A DNA stretch of 64,000 bases, from positions 477,516-541,515 of the forward strand of contig NIVC01000390.1 of NCBI GenBank assembly GCA_002269645.1, read 5' to 3'. The DNA comes from Macrostomum lignano. Taxonomy: Eukaryota. The translations under genes and the position numbers were made by a program. Each line of letters opens with the position of its first letter. Position 1 is the stretch's first letter. Shown here piece after piece: positions 50,201-62,550 of this stretch. A model generated the notes under the pieces. That model was not told the origin of the DNA, searched no databases, and worked only from the letters and a program-made list of their open reading frames with translations.

Positions 50201-53200
50201 AGGCCAAGGATTACTGCGCTTGATAAACCAAGGATTATTGCACTTGATAAACCAAGGATTATTGCAGTTGATAAGCCAAGGATTATTGCACTTGATAAAC
50301 CAAGGATTATTACACTTGATAAACCAAGGATTATTGCACTTGATAAACCAAGGATTATTGCACTTGATAGGCCAAGGATTACTGCACTTGATAAACCAAG
50401 GATTATTGCACTTGATAGGCCAAAGATTACTGCGTTTGATAAACCAAGGATTATTGCAGTTGATAAGCCAAGGATTATTGCACTTGATAAACCAAGGATT
50501 ATTTCACTTGATAAACCAAGGATTATTGCACTTGATAAACAAATATTGCACTTGATAAACCAAGGATTATTGCACCTGATAAGCCAAGGATTACTGCGCT
50601 AGATAAACCAAGGATTATTGCACTTAATAAACCAAGGATTATTGCACTTAATAAACCAAGGATTATTGCACTTGATAAACCAAGGATTATTGCACTTGAT
50701 AAACAAAGGATTATTGCACTTGATAAACCAAGGATTATTGCACTTTATAAGCCAAAGATTACTGCACTTGATAAACCAAGGATTATTGCACTTGATAAAC
50801 CAAGGATTATTGCACTTGATTAATCAAGGATTATTGCTATTAATAAACCAAGGATTATTGCACTAGCTGAGAAGCTGATTACTGCGCTGTCTAAAAAAGA
50901 GATTATTGCGCTCGCTGAGACGTGGATTGTTGCACAACCTGAGAAAGCGATTATTGCATTAGCGGAAGTAACATTTGCACTAGCTACTTGCTGTCTCGTG
51001 GATGCTTGCTCTCGAGGGGGGATACTTGCTATTTGGGAGAGGGGGTACTGGCTACATGCATGGGATTCTTTCTATCCAGGGATGCTTGCTATTCAGGGAT
51101 TCTTGCTATCTGCAGGATGCTTGCTATTTAGGGATTCTTGCTATCTGCAGGATGCTTGCTATCTGGGTGGATGCTTCTATAATATCTGGGGGGTGCTTGC
51201 TATCTGCAGAATGCTTCTATAATATCTGGGGGTGCTTGCTATCTGCAGAATGCTTGCTATCTGGGTGGATGCTTCTATAATATCTGGGGGGTGCTTGCTA
51301 ATCTGCAGATGCTTGCTATCTGTGGTGATTCTTGCTATGAGCATTAGAGGATGCTTGCTATCTGCGATTGTTCACTTTTGGAGGGGGTTGCTTGCTGTCT
51401 TGGGAATATTTTCTATTTAGGGAAACGATATTTTGTTGACTGTTTGTTAATTTTAGAGAAAAAGTGATTTTTTAATTTTGCAAACATCTTAGTCCGTGAC
51501 AATTTTACACGAATAAGGTGATTTTTAAAATGTGAAGAAGGAATTAGTGTTTAAGAAAATGTGTTTTTTTATTGTTTTCCATGAACTATTTTTGCTCCTT
51601 TCTTATTGGGCGCCCCGAAGGGGGGCCGCACTAGATTGCTAGTAGTTTAACTAAAATCTACATGGTTTAGTTTTACCCCTTTCGTAAAATGAACTCTTGT
51701 ATCATTCATTTGTTTCTTTGACCCAGCCACGTTGTCTAGCTGGTGTACATCTAATTCTAATGCCTGACTTATTGTGTTACAGTCGCTAGAATCCTTGGAC
51801 AATGGCAAGCCGTATCTGTTCTCTTACCTGGCTGACGTTGAGCTCAGCATTCGTTGCTATCGGTGAGTTTATTGCATCGAGTTGCTGCATTAGCCAGCAG
51901 CAGCAGGGTTGAGCTGCACGTTTTCAACTATTTTGCTTTTCAAACTTCTATACCTTGCAGAGTGGGGTTTGGGGCATTATCCAATTCTCGTATTAGCTAT
52001 TCTTAAAGCTTGTGTTTGCAAGCACAATAGCCCTTTAATTGCGCTGTTTGCAGTGGGCCATCGTGCATTATGCATGATTAAATAGTATAGACAGAATTGC
52101 TATGTATATATGCATTGCATAACAATATGTATTTAAATTAAAATATTGAGTGAGAATTATCACAAATTAGCTGCGTGCCACATGCTCCATCATGTACGCC
52201 ACCTATGCTTGACGCCTTTATCAACCATGCTTGGCGCCTCTATCACCTATGCATGGCGCCCTTATCACCCATGCTTAGTGCCTCTATCACCCATTCTTGG
52301 CGCCCCTATCACCCATGCTTGGTGCCCTTATCACCCATGCTTGGCGCCTCTATCACCCATGCATGGCGCCCTTATCACCCATGCTTGGTGCCTCTATCAC
52401 CCATGCTTGGTGCCCTTATCACCCATGCTTGGCGCCTCTATCACCCATTCATGGCGCCCTTATCACCCATGCTTGGTGCCCTTATCACCCATGCTTGGCG
52501 CCTCTATCACCCATGCTTGGCGCCTCTATCACCCATGCTTGGCGCCCCTATCACCCATGCTTGGTGCCCTTATCACCCATGCTTGGCGCCTCTATCACCC
52601 ATGCTTGGCGCCCCTATCACCCATGCTTGGTGCCCTTATCACCCATGCTTGGCGCCTCTATCACCCATGCTTGGCGCCTCTATCACCTATGCTTGGCGCC
52701 TCTATCACCCATGCTTGGCGCCTCTATCACTTATGCTTGGCGCCCTTATCACCCATGCTTGGCGCCTCTATCACCCATGCTTGGCGCCTCTATCACCTAT
52801 GCTTGGCGCCTCTATCACCCATGCTTGGCGCCTCTATCACCTATGCTTGGCGCCTCTATCACTTATGCTTGGCGCCCTTATCACCCATGCTTGGCGCCTC
52901 TATCACCCATGCTTGGCGCCTCTATCACCCATGCTTGGCGCCTCTATCACCTATGCATGGCGCCCTTATCACCCATGCTTGGCGCCTCTATCACTTATGC
53001 TTGGCGCCTCTATCACCTATGCATGACGCCCTTATCACCCATGCTTGGCGCCTCTATCACCTATGCTTGGCGCCTCTATCACCCATGCTTGGCGCCTCTA
53101 TCACCCATGCTTGGCGCCTCTATCACCTATGCCTGACGCCCCTATCACCGATGCCTGGCGCCCCTGTACCTATGCTTGGCGCCTTTATCACCCATGCTTG

Positions 53201-55189
53201 GTTGATCTATTGAATCGTTAGATTAACTTGTTGAGGGCTTCTGGGCCTTTTATTGGTCTTTTATTACCTTGGATAATAAATTTGCCATCTCCATAGTTAC
53301 TACGCCGGCTGGGCCAACAAGAACCACGGCAAGACCATCCCGGTTGACGGCAACGTGTTCTGCTTCACCCGACACGAGCCGGTCGGTGTCTGCGGCCAAA
53401 TTATTCCGTGGAATTTTCCTCTACTGATGCAGGCCTGGAAGCTGGGCCCGGCGCTCAGCATGGGCAACACCGTTGTGATGAAGACGGCCGAGCAGACTCC
53501 CCTTACTGGGAATTATCTTGCCCAGCTGGCCAAGGAGGCCGGATTTCCACCCGGCGTGCTCAATATTGTGCCTGGCTATGGGCCCACCGCAGGCGCAGCT
53601 CTGGCGCTGCACAACAAAGTTGACAAGGTGAGCCGCTGTTCGATGTAGTGATCCAAGATTTCATTATAAATAAGATTGAAAATTGCCTGTCACCCAGCAG
53701 TATGCCAACCAACTGGGGATAAGTGGATAACCAACTTAGGATAAGTAGATAACCAACTTAGGATAAGTGGATAACCAACTTAGGATAAGTGGATAACCAA
53801 CTAAGGATATGTGGATAACTAACTGAGGATAAGTGGATAACCAACTAAGGATATGTGGATAACCAACTTAGGATAAGTGGATAACCAACTAAGGATAAGT
53901 GGATAACCAACTGAGGATAAGTGGATAACCAACTAAGGATATGTGGATAACCAACTTAGGATAAGTGGATAACCAACTGAGGATAAGTGGATAACCAACT
54001 GAGGATAAGTGGATAACCAACTAAGGATATGTGGATAACCAACTGCGGATAAGTGGATAACCAACTGAGGATATGTGGATAACCATTTAAGGATAACAAT
54101 ATCTAGGTTTACAAACCAAAAACATGCTTACTATCCCCGAATGACGGATAACAATAGGGAAAAATGTTATTAAGCCAGCCATATCTTTTAATCCTTTCGT
54201 TAATCCTTTTGATTACCAGAACAAAAATGTCTTTAATTTGAAAAATAGCCAGAAGTCACAAGCAGAATGCGTGGCAAATCCATCAATTTCTAATTCACTT
54301 ACCCTCCCCCATGCAGCTGGCCTTCACCGGCAGCACGGAGGTCGGCCGCCTGATCCCGCAGTACGCCGGCCAGAGCAATCTGAAGCGCGTCAGCCTCGAG
54401 CTGGGCGGCAAGAGTCCCAATGTGGTCTTCTCCGACGCTGATCTTGAGTACGCCGTTGAGAAGTCGCACTTTGCTCTATTCTTCAACCAGGGCCAGTGCT
54501 GCTGCGCCGGCAGTCGCACCTTTGTTGAGGAGTCCATCTACGACAAATTTGTCGAGATGAGCGTCGAGCGGGCCAAGAAGCGTCTGGTTGGCGACCCTTT
54601 CAACCTCAACACGGAACAGGGACCGCAGATCGACCAGGAGCAGATGGGCAAAATTCTTGAGTTGATCAAGAGCGGCAAGAGCCAGGGTGCTAAGCTGCTC
54701 ACTGGCGGTGCTCAGCACGGCGATAAGGGTTACTTTGTGCAGCCGACCATCTTCTCCGATGTCCAGGTTTGCTGATTTGAAATGCTTGAATATCTCGACT
54801 GGCTTTGAATTTCCTCAACAAATAGCTACCCATCCGTCCCACCAAACCCGCCCCAGGACGAGATGCGCATCGCCCAGGAGGAGATCTTCGGCCCGGTCAT
54901 GCAGATCATGAAGTTCAAATCTGTCGACGAGCTGATCGAACGCGGCAACAAGACCATCTACGGCCTGGCAGCCGGCATCTTCACCAAAGACCTGGACAAG
55001 GCCATGCACGTCAGCCAGGGCCTGCGCGCTGGCACCATCTGGATCAACGAGTTCGATCATTTCGACGCCGCCGCTCCTTTCGGCGGTTTCAAGATGTCCG
55101 GCAACGGCCGAGAGCTGGGCGAGTACGGCCTGGAGGCCTACACCGAGATCAAGTGCGTCATGATACGCCTGGCCGAGAAGAATAGCTAA
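47291..55189 (+). CDS. ALDH2: Mitochondrial aldehyde dehydrogenase (ALDH2/ALDH1 family); join(47291..47668,51783..51862,53297..53627,54317..54766,54857..55189), 523 aa
   Basis: Arg/Ala-rich, acid-free presequence. Motifs [30 protein letters not shown], catalytic [19 protein letters not shown] and [15 protein letters not shown]. Total 1572 nt in frame. Confidence 0.94.
47703..47830 (+). mobile_element. Helitron-like 5' end in ALDH2 intron 1
   Basis: A|TCCATATACTAAAAATGG, then TCTGTC and (TG)n, then GATCGATTTT...AAAACGGCTCAACCGATTTT. Resembles 5' modules of invertebrate non-autonomous Helitrons (pattern recognition only). Confidence 0.5.
48252..48320 (+). pseudogene. Degenerate tRNA-like sequence (tRNA pseudogene or SINE head)
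   Basis: TAGCCTAGAGCTGAG (A-box-like), GACTGCTAAT (anticodon-arm-like, GCT) and GGTTCGAATC (B box). Acceptor stem not intact. Confidence 0.4.
48400..50870. repeat. 24-bp minisatellite (TTATTGCACTTGATAAACCAAGGA), ~100 copies
   Basis: Directly visible; explains the 728-aa and other ORFs at 48370-50866. Confidence 0.97.
51000..51642 (+). mobile_element. Helitron-like 3' portion: degenerate GATGCTTGCTATCTG repeats, hairpin and CTAG end
   Basis: GGGCGCCCCGAAGGGGGGCC followed by AGATTGCTAG|T ending at 51642, matching the 28.8-kb terminus. Confidence 0.6.
52190..53200. repeat. 22-bp minisatellite (TTGGCGCCTCTATCACCCATGC) in ALDH2 intron 2
   Basis: About 45 copies. Confidence 0.96.
53712..54095. 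repeat. 22-bp minisatellite (GGATAAGTGGATAACCAACTTA) in ALDH2 intron 3
   Basis: About 17 copies. Confidence 0.95.
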
Positions 55190-56334
55190 ATCTGTTAATG
55201 AACATGTTCGAGCTGCAGACATTAGAAACATTGAACTAGATATTAGATAAGTCAAATGACTACTTTCGATTGGGCGTCTATTCGGAGTTTTTTGGCTAAA
55301 TTTGTGCACCGAAGTACTGGTTATATATATAGACTAAGGCTAGGCCAATTTATCTGAGGACTAGACTGACTGTAGGATGCTATGTATAGCTCCTGTGTCC
55401 TCCCTGTAAGTTTCTATTGGCTGGCTCCTTTATCGATCGCTTACCCCCTCCTAGCTCAACCCCCCTCCGGCTGCGTCCGCCTTCCAAGCGCAAACCAATA
55501 AACCCCATTCCTCCCCCGTTTTATTGCCCTCGTCTAGCCATGAATGTACATTCTCAGTGGCGCTTGTGAGTGTACATTTTGACTAAACTGCACCCGATAC
55601 AAGCTGTTTTTTGTATGGCTTGAAAATTTAGAAAGCCGTGCGCATTCATATGCCTACAAGAAAGTAGGCCTAGGTGTATTATTTTCTAAATTTGCTAGAC
55701 GAGTTTTGGAGCGGTACAGCTTACAGCTAATAGTGTTTCTAATAACTGTGGTTCGACTAAAACCAAGGATTGTGTCGCTTTGATAAAACAAAAGCTATTA
55801 ATGAGAATAATCTCATAATTCTTGCCTTCTGTATTGAATTTTATTATAAAACAATACTCAATGGGAGGATTTTTTACAATGAGGTAACTTGTTTTGGGAC
55901 TCAAATATTAAATTTGATGTTTTTAAGATTCATTTTCTCATTGAAAATTTAAAGCTTGTGTTCCGGTGTTTTGTTATTACAGTGGCTGCTCACTAAAATG
56001 TACTGAACTGTCTGCTGACCTTTCTCCACAATAATATTGGGTGGCGTAATCTCACGTAGTTCAAATAAAAAGTTTTATTGTCCTATTGGTTGATTTTAAC
56101 CGTCATTAAATAAGAGTTCGTCTTTAAGCTTTCTTGGTTTTTGCTAAAGTGAATTACTCGTAATTATTACTTTAAAAGCAGGTGATTTTGGTCTCCAGGC
56201 TTAGGGTAAGAAAAATATAATATAGTCGTCATCTACATGACTATTAGCATTGGCGATATGAAAGCCAGCATCCTAAGCTACCGCATTTGCTGGGCCACGG
56301 TCCTGCCAGATCGCCAAGGCTGGGTCACCGCCAC

Positions 56335-57120
56335 AGCGCCACCCTCCCAGATCCTGAGTTGCTGGGCCACTGCCACCCTCCCAGATCCTCAGTTGCTGGG
56401 CCACTGCCACCCTCCCAGATCCTCAGTTGCTGGGCCACTGCCACCCTCCCAGATCCTCAGTTGCTGGGCCACTGCCACCCTCCCAGATCCTCAGTTGCTG
56501 GGCCGCTGCCACCCTCCCAGATCCTCAGTTGCTGGGCCACTGCCACCCTCCCAGATCCTCAGTTGCTGGGCCACTGCCACCCTCCAGATCCTCAGTTGCT
56601 GGGCCACTGCCACCCTCCCAGATCCTCAGTTGCTGGGCCGCTGCCACCCTCCCAGATCCTCAGTTGCTGGGCCACTGCCACCCTCCCAGATCCTCAGTTG
56701 CTGGGCCACTGCCACTCTCCCAGATCCTCAGTTGCTGGGCCACTGCCACTCTCCCAGATCCTCAGTTGCTGGGCCACTGCCACCCTCCCAAATCCTCAGT
56801 TGCTGAGCCAGCCTCCCAGATCCTCAGTTGCTGAGCCAGCCTCCCAGATCCTCAGTTGCTGGGCCAGCCTCCCAGATCCTCAGTTGTTGGATCAGCCTCC
56901 TAGATCCTCAGTTACTAGGCCAGTCTCCCAGATCCTCAGTTGCTGGGCCAGCCTCCCAGATCCTCAATTGCTGGGCCAGCCTCCCAGATCCTCAGTTGCT
57001 GGGCCAGCCTCCCAAAGTGTCAGTTGCTGAGCCAGTCTCCCAGATCCTCAGTTGCTGGGCCAGCCTCCCAAAGTGTCAGTTGCTGAGCCAGTCTCCCAGA
57101 TCCTCAGTTGCTGGGCCACC
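56335..57120. repeat. 34-bp minisatellite shifting to a 28-bp deletion variant
   Basis: CTCCCAGATCCTCAGTTGCTGGGCCACTGCCACC, then CTCCCAGATCCTCAGTTGCTGGGCCAGC. Confidence 0.95.
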
Positions 57121-57215
57121 ATCGCCCTCCCCGATCATTAGTGAGATTTTGGCGCCTGTTTAAACTGAAGATCAGCAGCCGATTTAAACAAAAGCGGTGC
57201 TCTTTGTGTCCCCAG

Positions 57216-60200
57216 TCGCAGTCGCTAACCACCCCGATCCCGGCCGCTCTGGCTGCCGAGCTGGCCAAGCAGCTGAACGATCGGCTGCCCACCGTGGAGG
57301 CGGTCCGCGAGCTCGCGCCCGGCATGCTGCGCGAATCCGCGGACCGGCTGGACCTGCTGCGCAAGCAGGCCCGCCTGCACGACTGCACGCGCTACGGACA
57401 GGCCAGACTGGCTTGCCGGCAGCTGCAGACCGAGGTTGCCGAACTGCTGCAACTGCACGCACAGCTCGCCGACCGCTGCCAGCGCCAGCTGGACAACTCC
57501 CGGCCGCTGCTGGTCGACGGCGGCCTAGCGGAGCGGGCGGCCGAGCTGGACTTGGCCGAGGCGCGGCTGGAGGCGATGAAGCTGCGGGAACAGCTGGAGT
57601 GCCAGGTGAGCTGGCAGGATTGTGTCCGGCTGATTGTGTCCTACATACATATATGTGTCCGGTTGATTTTGTCCTATAGATGTGTCCGGTTGATTTTGTC
57701 CTATAGATGTGTCCGGTTGATTGTGTCCTATATAGATGTTTCCGCTTGGTTGTGTCCTAGATAGATAGAGATGTGTCCGGTTGATTGTGTCCTAGATAGT
57801 TAGATATGTCCGGTTGATTGTGTCCTAGATAGAGAGATGTGTCCGGTGGATTGTGTCCTAGATAGATAGATGTGTCCAAAGCTGTCCGAAGCCAAACCCA
57901 TTGACCCTCCGCCCGCAGGCGAGCGCGGTGCAGGCCGCCCTGGTCACTGGCAGCTTCGACCGGGCCGCCGAGCAGTTCCGCCGGCTGGCCCTGATGCGCC
58001 GCGATCTCCGGCCGCCGGATCGCCTGCCCGAAGCCGAAGCTGCCGAGCTCCGCGCGGACGCCGAGGCCAGCCTGGAACACTGGGCCGGCCAGCTGCGCCG
58101 GAAGTTTAGCGCCGAATTCGCCGCTGCCGTGCGCGCCATTGGCTGGCCGTTTAACAGCGGCGGCTCGACCGGTGGCGGTTCCGCCGACACCTCCACTCCG
58201 GTATCCGCTTCCGGTTCCGCTTCGTCCGGCACTTCCGGTAGCAGCGGCGGCAAAGAGAGAGACTTTGTGGTGAGCTTTCGCCGATTTGCCCAGCTGCAAG
58301 TTCCCGCAGAGGCTTCCGGCCGGTCGCTGCCGCCTCTGGAGGTGATGCTGGAGCCGTTCCGAAAAAAATTCGCCTTCCACTTCTCTGGAGATCGGCCGAC
58401 TAACGATCCGGCCAGGCCGGAGATCTTCCTCACGCAGGTGCGATTATTAGCAGGTGGTTTTAGATTGGATAGGAGCATGGCGGAACCCACGAAAGGAGCC
58501 GAGAGGAGGGTAGCGAAGTCCACCAAAGGACCCGAGAGGAGGGTAGCGGAGCCCACCAAAGGACCCGAGAGGAGGGTAGCGGAGTCCACCAAAGGACCCG
58601 AGAGGAGGGTAGCGGAGTCCATCAAAGGACCCGAGAGGAGGGTAGCGGAGTCCACCAAAGGACCCGAGAGGAGGGTAGCGGAGTCCACCAAAGGACCCGA
58701 GAGGAGGGTAGCGGAGTCCATCAAAGGACCCGAGAGGAGGGTAGCGGAGTCCACCAAAGGACCCGAGAGGAGGGTAGCGGAGTCCACCAAAGGACCCGAG
58801 AGGAGGGTAGCGGAGCCCACCAAAGGACCCAAGAGGAGGGTAGCGGAGCCCACCAAAGGACCCAAGAGGAGGGTAGCGGAGCCCACCAAAGGACCGATAT
58901 TCCTTTGCAGCGTTTCCAGCATCCGGCATCAGAAGTAGAGAGAATTAGTGGCGTCCACCAACTTTTAAAGTAAAAATGAAGATTTTATCGAGGGTGGTAA
59001 TTGTCTGTCGCATAGTTTAAACCCCGCAATCATTGTTAACTACCGCCAGGTGCTGAAATGGATCAAAGAGCACGACGCCTTCCTAGGCCAGGTGGTGCAG
59101 CCCTGCCTTGATCAGGTTGGCATGTCCGCTTGGGACGTGCGCGAAGAATTCGCATCCGGCCTGATGGAGCTGGTCAAACGGAAGCTGGGCCAGTTGCTGG
59201 AGCAGTACAGGTAGAAGTTCGCTCTGGCTCTATTTTGGGGCTTGTGCAGGAATAATTGTCGTGTGGGTTGTCCTACAATTCACACCTATGAGGCCCGACC
59301 CCTAAGCACAGAGTGTTTCTGACAATTAGAAAATAGGGCGATGTCCAGGGAAATCGTATAATGATGCTAAGCAATGATTCGCTAAATTTTCCAGAGAGCT
59401 GCCCGACAAAGAGGAGGCTGACCTCCGCTTGGCGCACCTCATCAACGAGCTGCTGGCGCTGGACCGGGAGCTGGCCGCAGTCGGTCTGCCCTCGGCCGCT
59501 GCCACCGTCGGCAGCGTGCTTGGCGAGCCGCGCTGGCTGGCCTGGTGGGAGGGCCTGGAGGCCAAGTTTGCCCAGGCCCGCCTGGACGAGATCCTGCTGG
59601 CTGGCGACGCCTGGAGCCCCGCTGGCGGCGTTGAAGACTCGTCCTCGTCCTCGTCGGCGGCGGTGCCGCAGTGCGCGGAGGCGGTGATGGCGCTGGTGCA
59701 GGCGCTGGGCGGGCGGGCCAACCTGCTGCGCACCGACCTGCACAAGCGGGCCCGGCTGTTCCGCGTGCAGCTGGACGTGCTGGAGGACTTCCGGGTTCGA
59801 CTGCGGCAGGTGAGCAGCGCCCGGAGTGACTGGCTGTGCATGGAGTGACTGGCTGTGCCCGAAAGGACTGGCTGTGCCGGAGTGACTGGCTGTGCCGGAG
59901 TGACTGGCTGTGCTGGAGTGTGACTGGCTGTGCCCGGAGTGACTGGCTGTGCTAGAGTGACTGGCTGTGCCGAAGTGACTGGCTGTGCCCGGAGTGACTG
60001 GCTGTGCTAGAGTGACTGGCTGTGCTAGAGTGACTGGCTGTGCTGGAGTGTGACTGGCTGTGCCGATCAGGCTTTATGACCTATTGCGCCTTTGCTATGA
60101 GTAATTGTGCCGATGGTGCCATTGTATGGCCAATTGTGCTACTGTATGACCAATTGTGCTATTTATGACCAAAATGTCATAAATAGCACACAAATGTTAT

Positions 60201-61936
60201 GTGTAATTATTATTATGTGTAATTATATGATCAAAATTGTTTTTCCGACCGTCAGTGTGCTCCATTTTTGTGTCTAGATCTGATATCTTTACTTAATAGT
60301 ACACGGTCTGGCTTAACTCAATCTCGCGACCTTAGGTGACCCGCCGCTACCCGACCTCCGATCCGCGCTGGTTCGGCGCCCTGAACAGCCTGCAGTTTGC
60401 CCGGGACTCCCTCACGGACTGGGCCGATCAGCTCGATTACGCCGAGCTGTCCCGGCTGCCCGAGTCTGAGCGGAGCATCCACGGAGCTGTCGCCGCCGCC
60501 TCCGGCACCGCTGGTGATGAAGCTGCCAGGTGAAACTGTCATTTGTTGCACAAATGGTCAGCTAGGATTCAATGGTGTCTCTTGGCGTCTATGGGGGTCT
60601 CTAGAGATCTAGGATGTCTCTAGGGATCTAAAGGTGTATATAGATATCTAAGGGTGTCTCTAGAGATCTAGGGGTGTCTCTAGGGATCTGCAATCATTCA
60701 GAGTCTATCAAAGACACCCTTTGCAATGATTTGCAATCATTTTCCCTAGCAGAGCGCCGGCCACCGCAGCCGCAGGCCTGGCCGATCTGTCCAGCGCCGC
60801 TATCGCTGACGACGACGACTCCTCCGGGGCGGGCGTTTTCGCCCCGGTTGCTAGGCGCCTTGCCGCCACCCAGTCCGAACTGCTCGAGTCCCTAGTGCGC
60901 GGCATCCTTGACCAGCTGGCCGCCTTGTTGGAGAGCCTCGGCCCGGACACTTTCCTGTCTGGTCGGCCGAGCGACGCACCGGCTTTGGCCGCCCTGTTCC
61001 TGGCCGTCAGAGACTCGCTGCAGGCCTGCCGTGATCGCCTGCAGCCGGCCGTGTTCCGGCCCGTGTGGCGCCGTCTGGCCGCTGGGCTCAACCGGCTGCT
61101 CATGCGACAGCTGCTGGGCATGCGGTTCAGCCACGCCGGCGGCCTGCAGTTCGCGCACACAGTCACCAAGGTGAGCCGGCGCGCGTTCGGGCACTGCTCG
61201 AGCACCCTAGAGTTTCACATCCCTATAGAGTTTCACATCCCTATAGAGTTTCACATCCCTATAGAGTTTCACATCCCTATAGAGTTTCACATCCCTATAG
61301 AGGTTCACATCCTATAGAGGTTCACATCCCTATAGAGGTTCACATCCCTATAGAGTTTCACATCCCTATAGAGGTTCACATCCCTATAGAGTTTCACATC
61401 CCTATAGAGGTTCACATCCTATAGAGGTTCACATCCCTATAGAGGTTCACATCCCTATAGAGTTTCACATCCTATAGAGGTTCACATCCTATAGAGGTTC
61501 ACATCCCTATAGAGTTTCACATCCTATAGAGGTTCACAACCCTATAGAGGTTCACATCCCTATAGAGGTTCACATCCCTATAGAGGTTCACATCCCTATA
61601 GAGGTTCACACCCCTATAGAGGTTCACATCCTATAGAGTTTCACATTCTGATAAACCTGATAAATCGAACCCAACATCAAACCCACGCAGGTATTCATGC
61701 CGGTGTTCGCCCAGTACTGCGGCCGGCCGGACCGTCTGCTAGCCGAGAGCGCCCAGGCCTGCTGCCTGCTGGGCTTGGCGCGGGGCACCGCGGCGCTGCT
61801 GCGCCAGGCGCTGGCCGGACCGCCGCGCGATGGCGAAGATCCGCTGAGAATGCTGCTGGATCTGGGCGTGTCGTCGCTGACGCCCGAGGAGGCGCTGGCC
61901 GTGCTGAAGCGCCGGATTGACTTGGACCAGGCGTGA
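57216..61936 (+). CDS. RINT1: RAD50-interacting protein 1 / Tip20-like tethering subunit; join(57216..57605,57919..58437,59050..59210,59395..59809,60336..60529,60750..61170,61691..61936), 781 codons plus stop, start Met not in these exons
   Basis: PLEVMLEPFRKKFAFHFSGDRPTNDPARPEIFLTQ|VLKWIKEH, EFASGLMELVKRKL, LAHLINELLALDREL, FRVQLDVLEDFRVRL and FSHAGGLQF match RINT1. All junctions GT-AG and in phase; total 2346 nt. Confidence 0.9.
57620..57885. repeat. ~30-bp minisatellite (ATAGATGTGTCCGGTTGATTGTGTCCT) in RINT1 intron
   Basis: Directly visible. Confidence 0.9.
58478..58895. repeat. 33-bp minisatellite in RINT1 intron
   Basis: CCACCAAAGGACCCGAGAGGAGGGTAGCGGAGT, ~12 copies. Confidence 0.95.
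59820..60065. repeat. 18-bp minisatellite (GGAGTGACTGGCTGTGCC) in RINT1 intron
   Basis: The same family recurs at 62285-62550. Confidence 0.93.
61205..61650. repeat. 17-18 bp minisatellite (CTATAGAGTTTCACATCC) in last RINT1 intron
   Basis: About 25 copies; an isolated unit also occurs at ~62106-62123. Confidence 0.95.
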
Positions 61937-62284
61937 CCTGCCTGTGAAGATGCTGCAGGTTCTTATATACTACTCATATAGCTACTCATCATCTAGACAT
62001 ACTGGTTTAGGTTCGCCGTTTATCGAGTTCATAAATAAACTGATGCTGCTTCGCATCGGGTTATTCAGAGATCTGTTTTCTTACTGCAAGCAAAACATTT
62101 TCACACCCTAGAGTTTCACATCCGATAGTCCGATGATCTATGAACTTGCATGTAAAAATTATAGCAAGAGCACACAATCTGACTCGCGGTAAATTGAAAT
62201 TGACTTTTTTAATGGAATTGGAATCCGAGCAACATGTACTCTATCACAATCTATATGTACATGTATATCTCGAAATGGTTTATC

Positions 62285-62550
62285 GTCGGAGTGACTGGCT
62301 GCGCCGGAGTGACTGGCTGTGTCGGAGTGACTGGTTGTGCCGGAGTGACTGGCGGAGTGACTGGCTGTGTTGGAGTGACTGGCTGTGTCGGAGTGACTGG
62401 CTGTTCCCGGAGTGACTGGCTGTGCTGGAGTGACTGGCTGTGCCGGAGTGACTAGCTGTGCCGGAGTGACTAGCTGTGCCGCAGTGACTGTCCCGGATCG
62501 AGTGACAGCTGTCTGTCCCGAAGTGACTGGCTGTGCACGGAGTGACTGTC
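62285..62550. repeat. 18-bp minisatellite (GGAGTGACTGGCTGTGCC), second locus
   Basis: Directly visible. Confidence 0.92.

Noticed and set aside
48370-50866. 728-aa and other long ORFs (LLHLINQG / IIALDKPR repeats) that look like leucine-rich or pentapeptide repeat proteins
   Set aside because: Translation of a 24-bp minisatellite inside ALDH2 intron 1. Open on both strands and in several frames, with no unique domain
52146-53213. 280-355 aa repeat ORFs
   Set aside because: 22-bp minisatellite in ALDH2 intron 2
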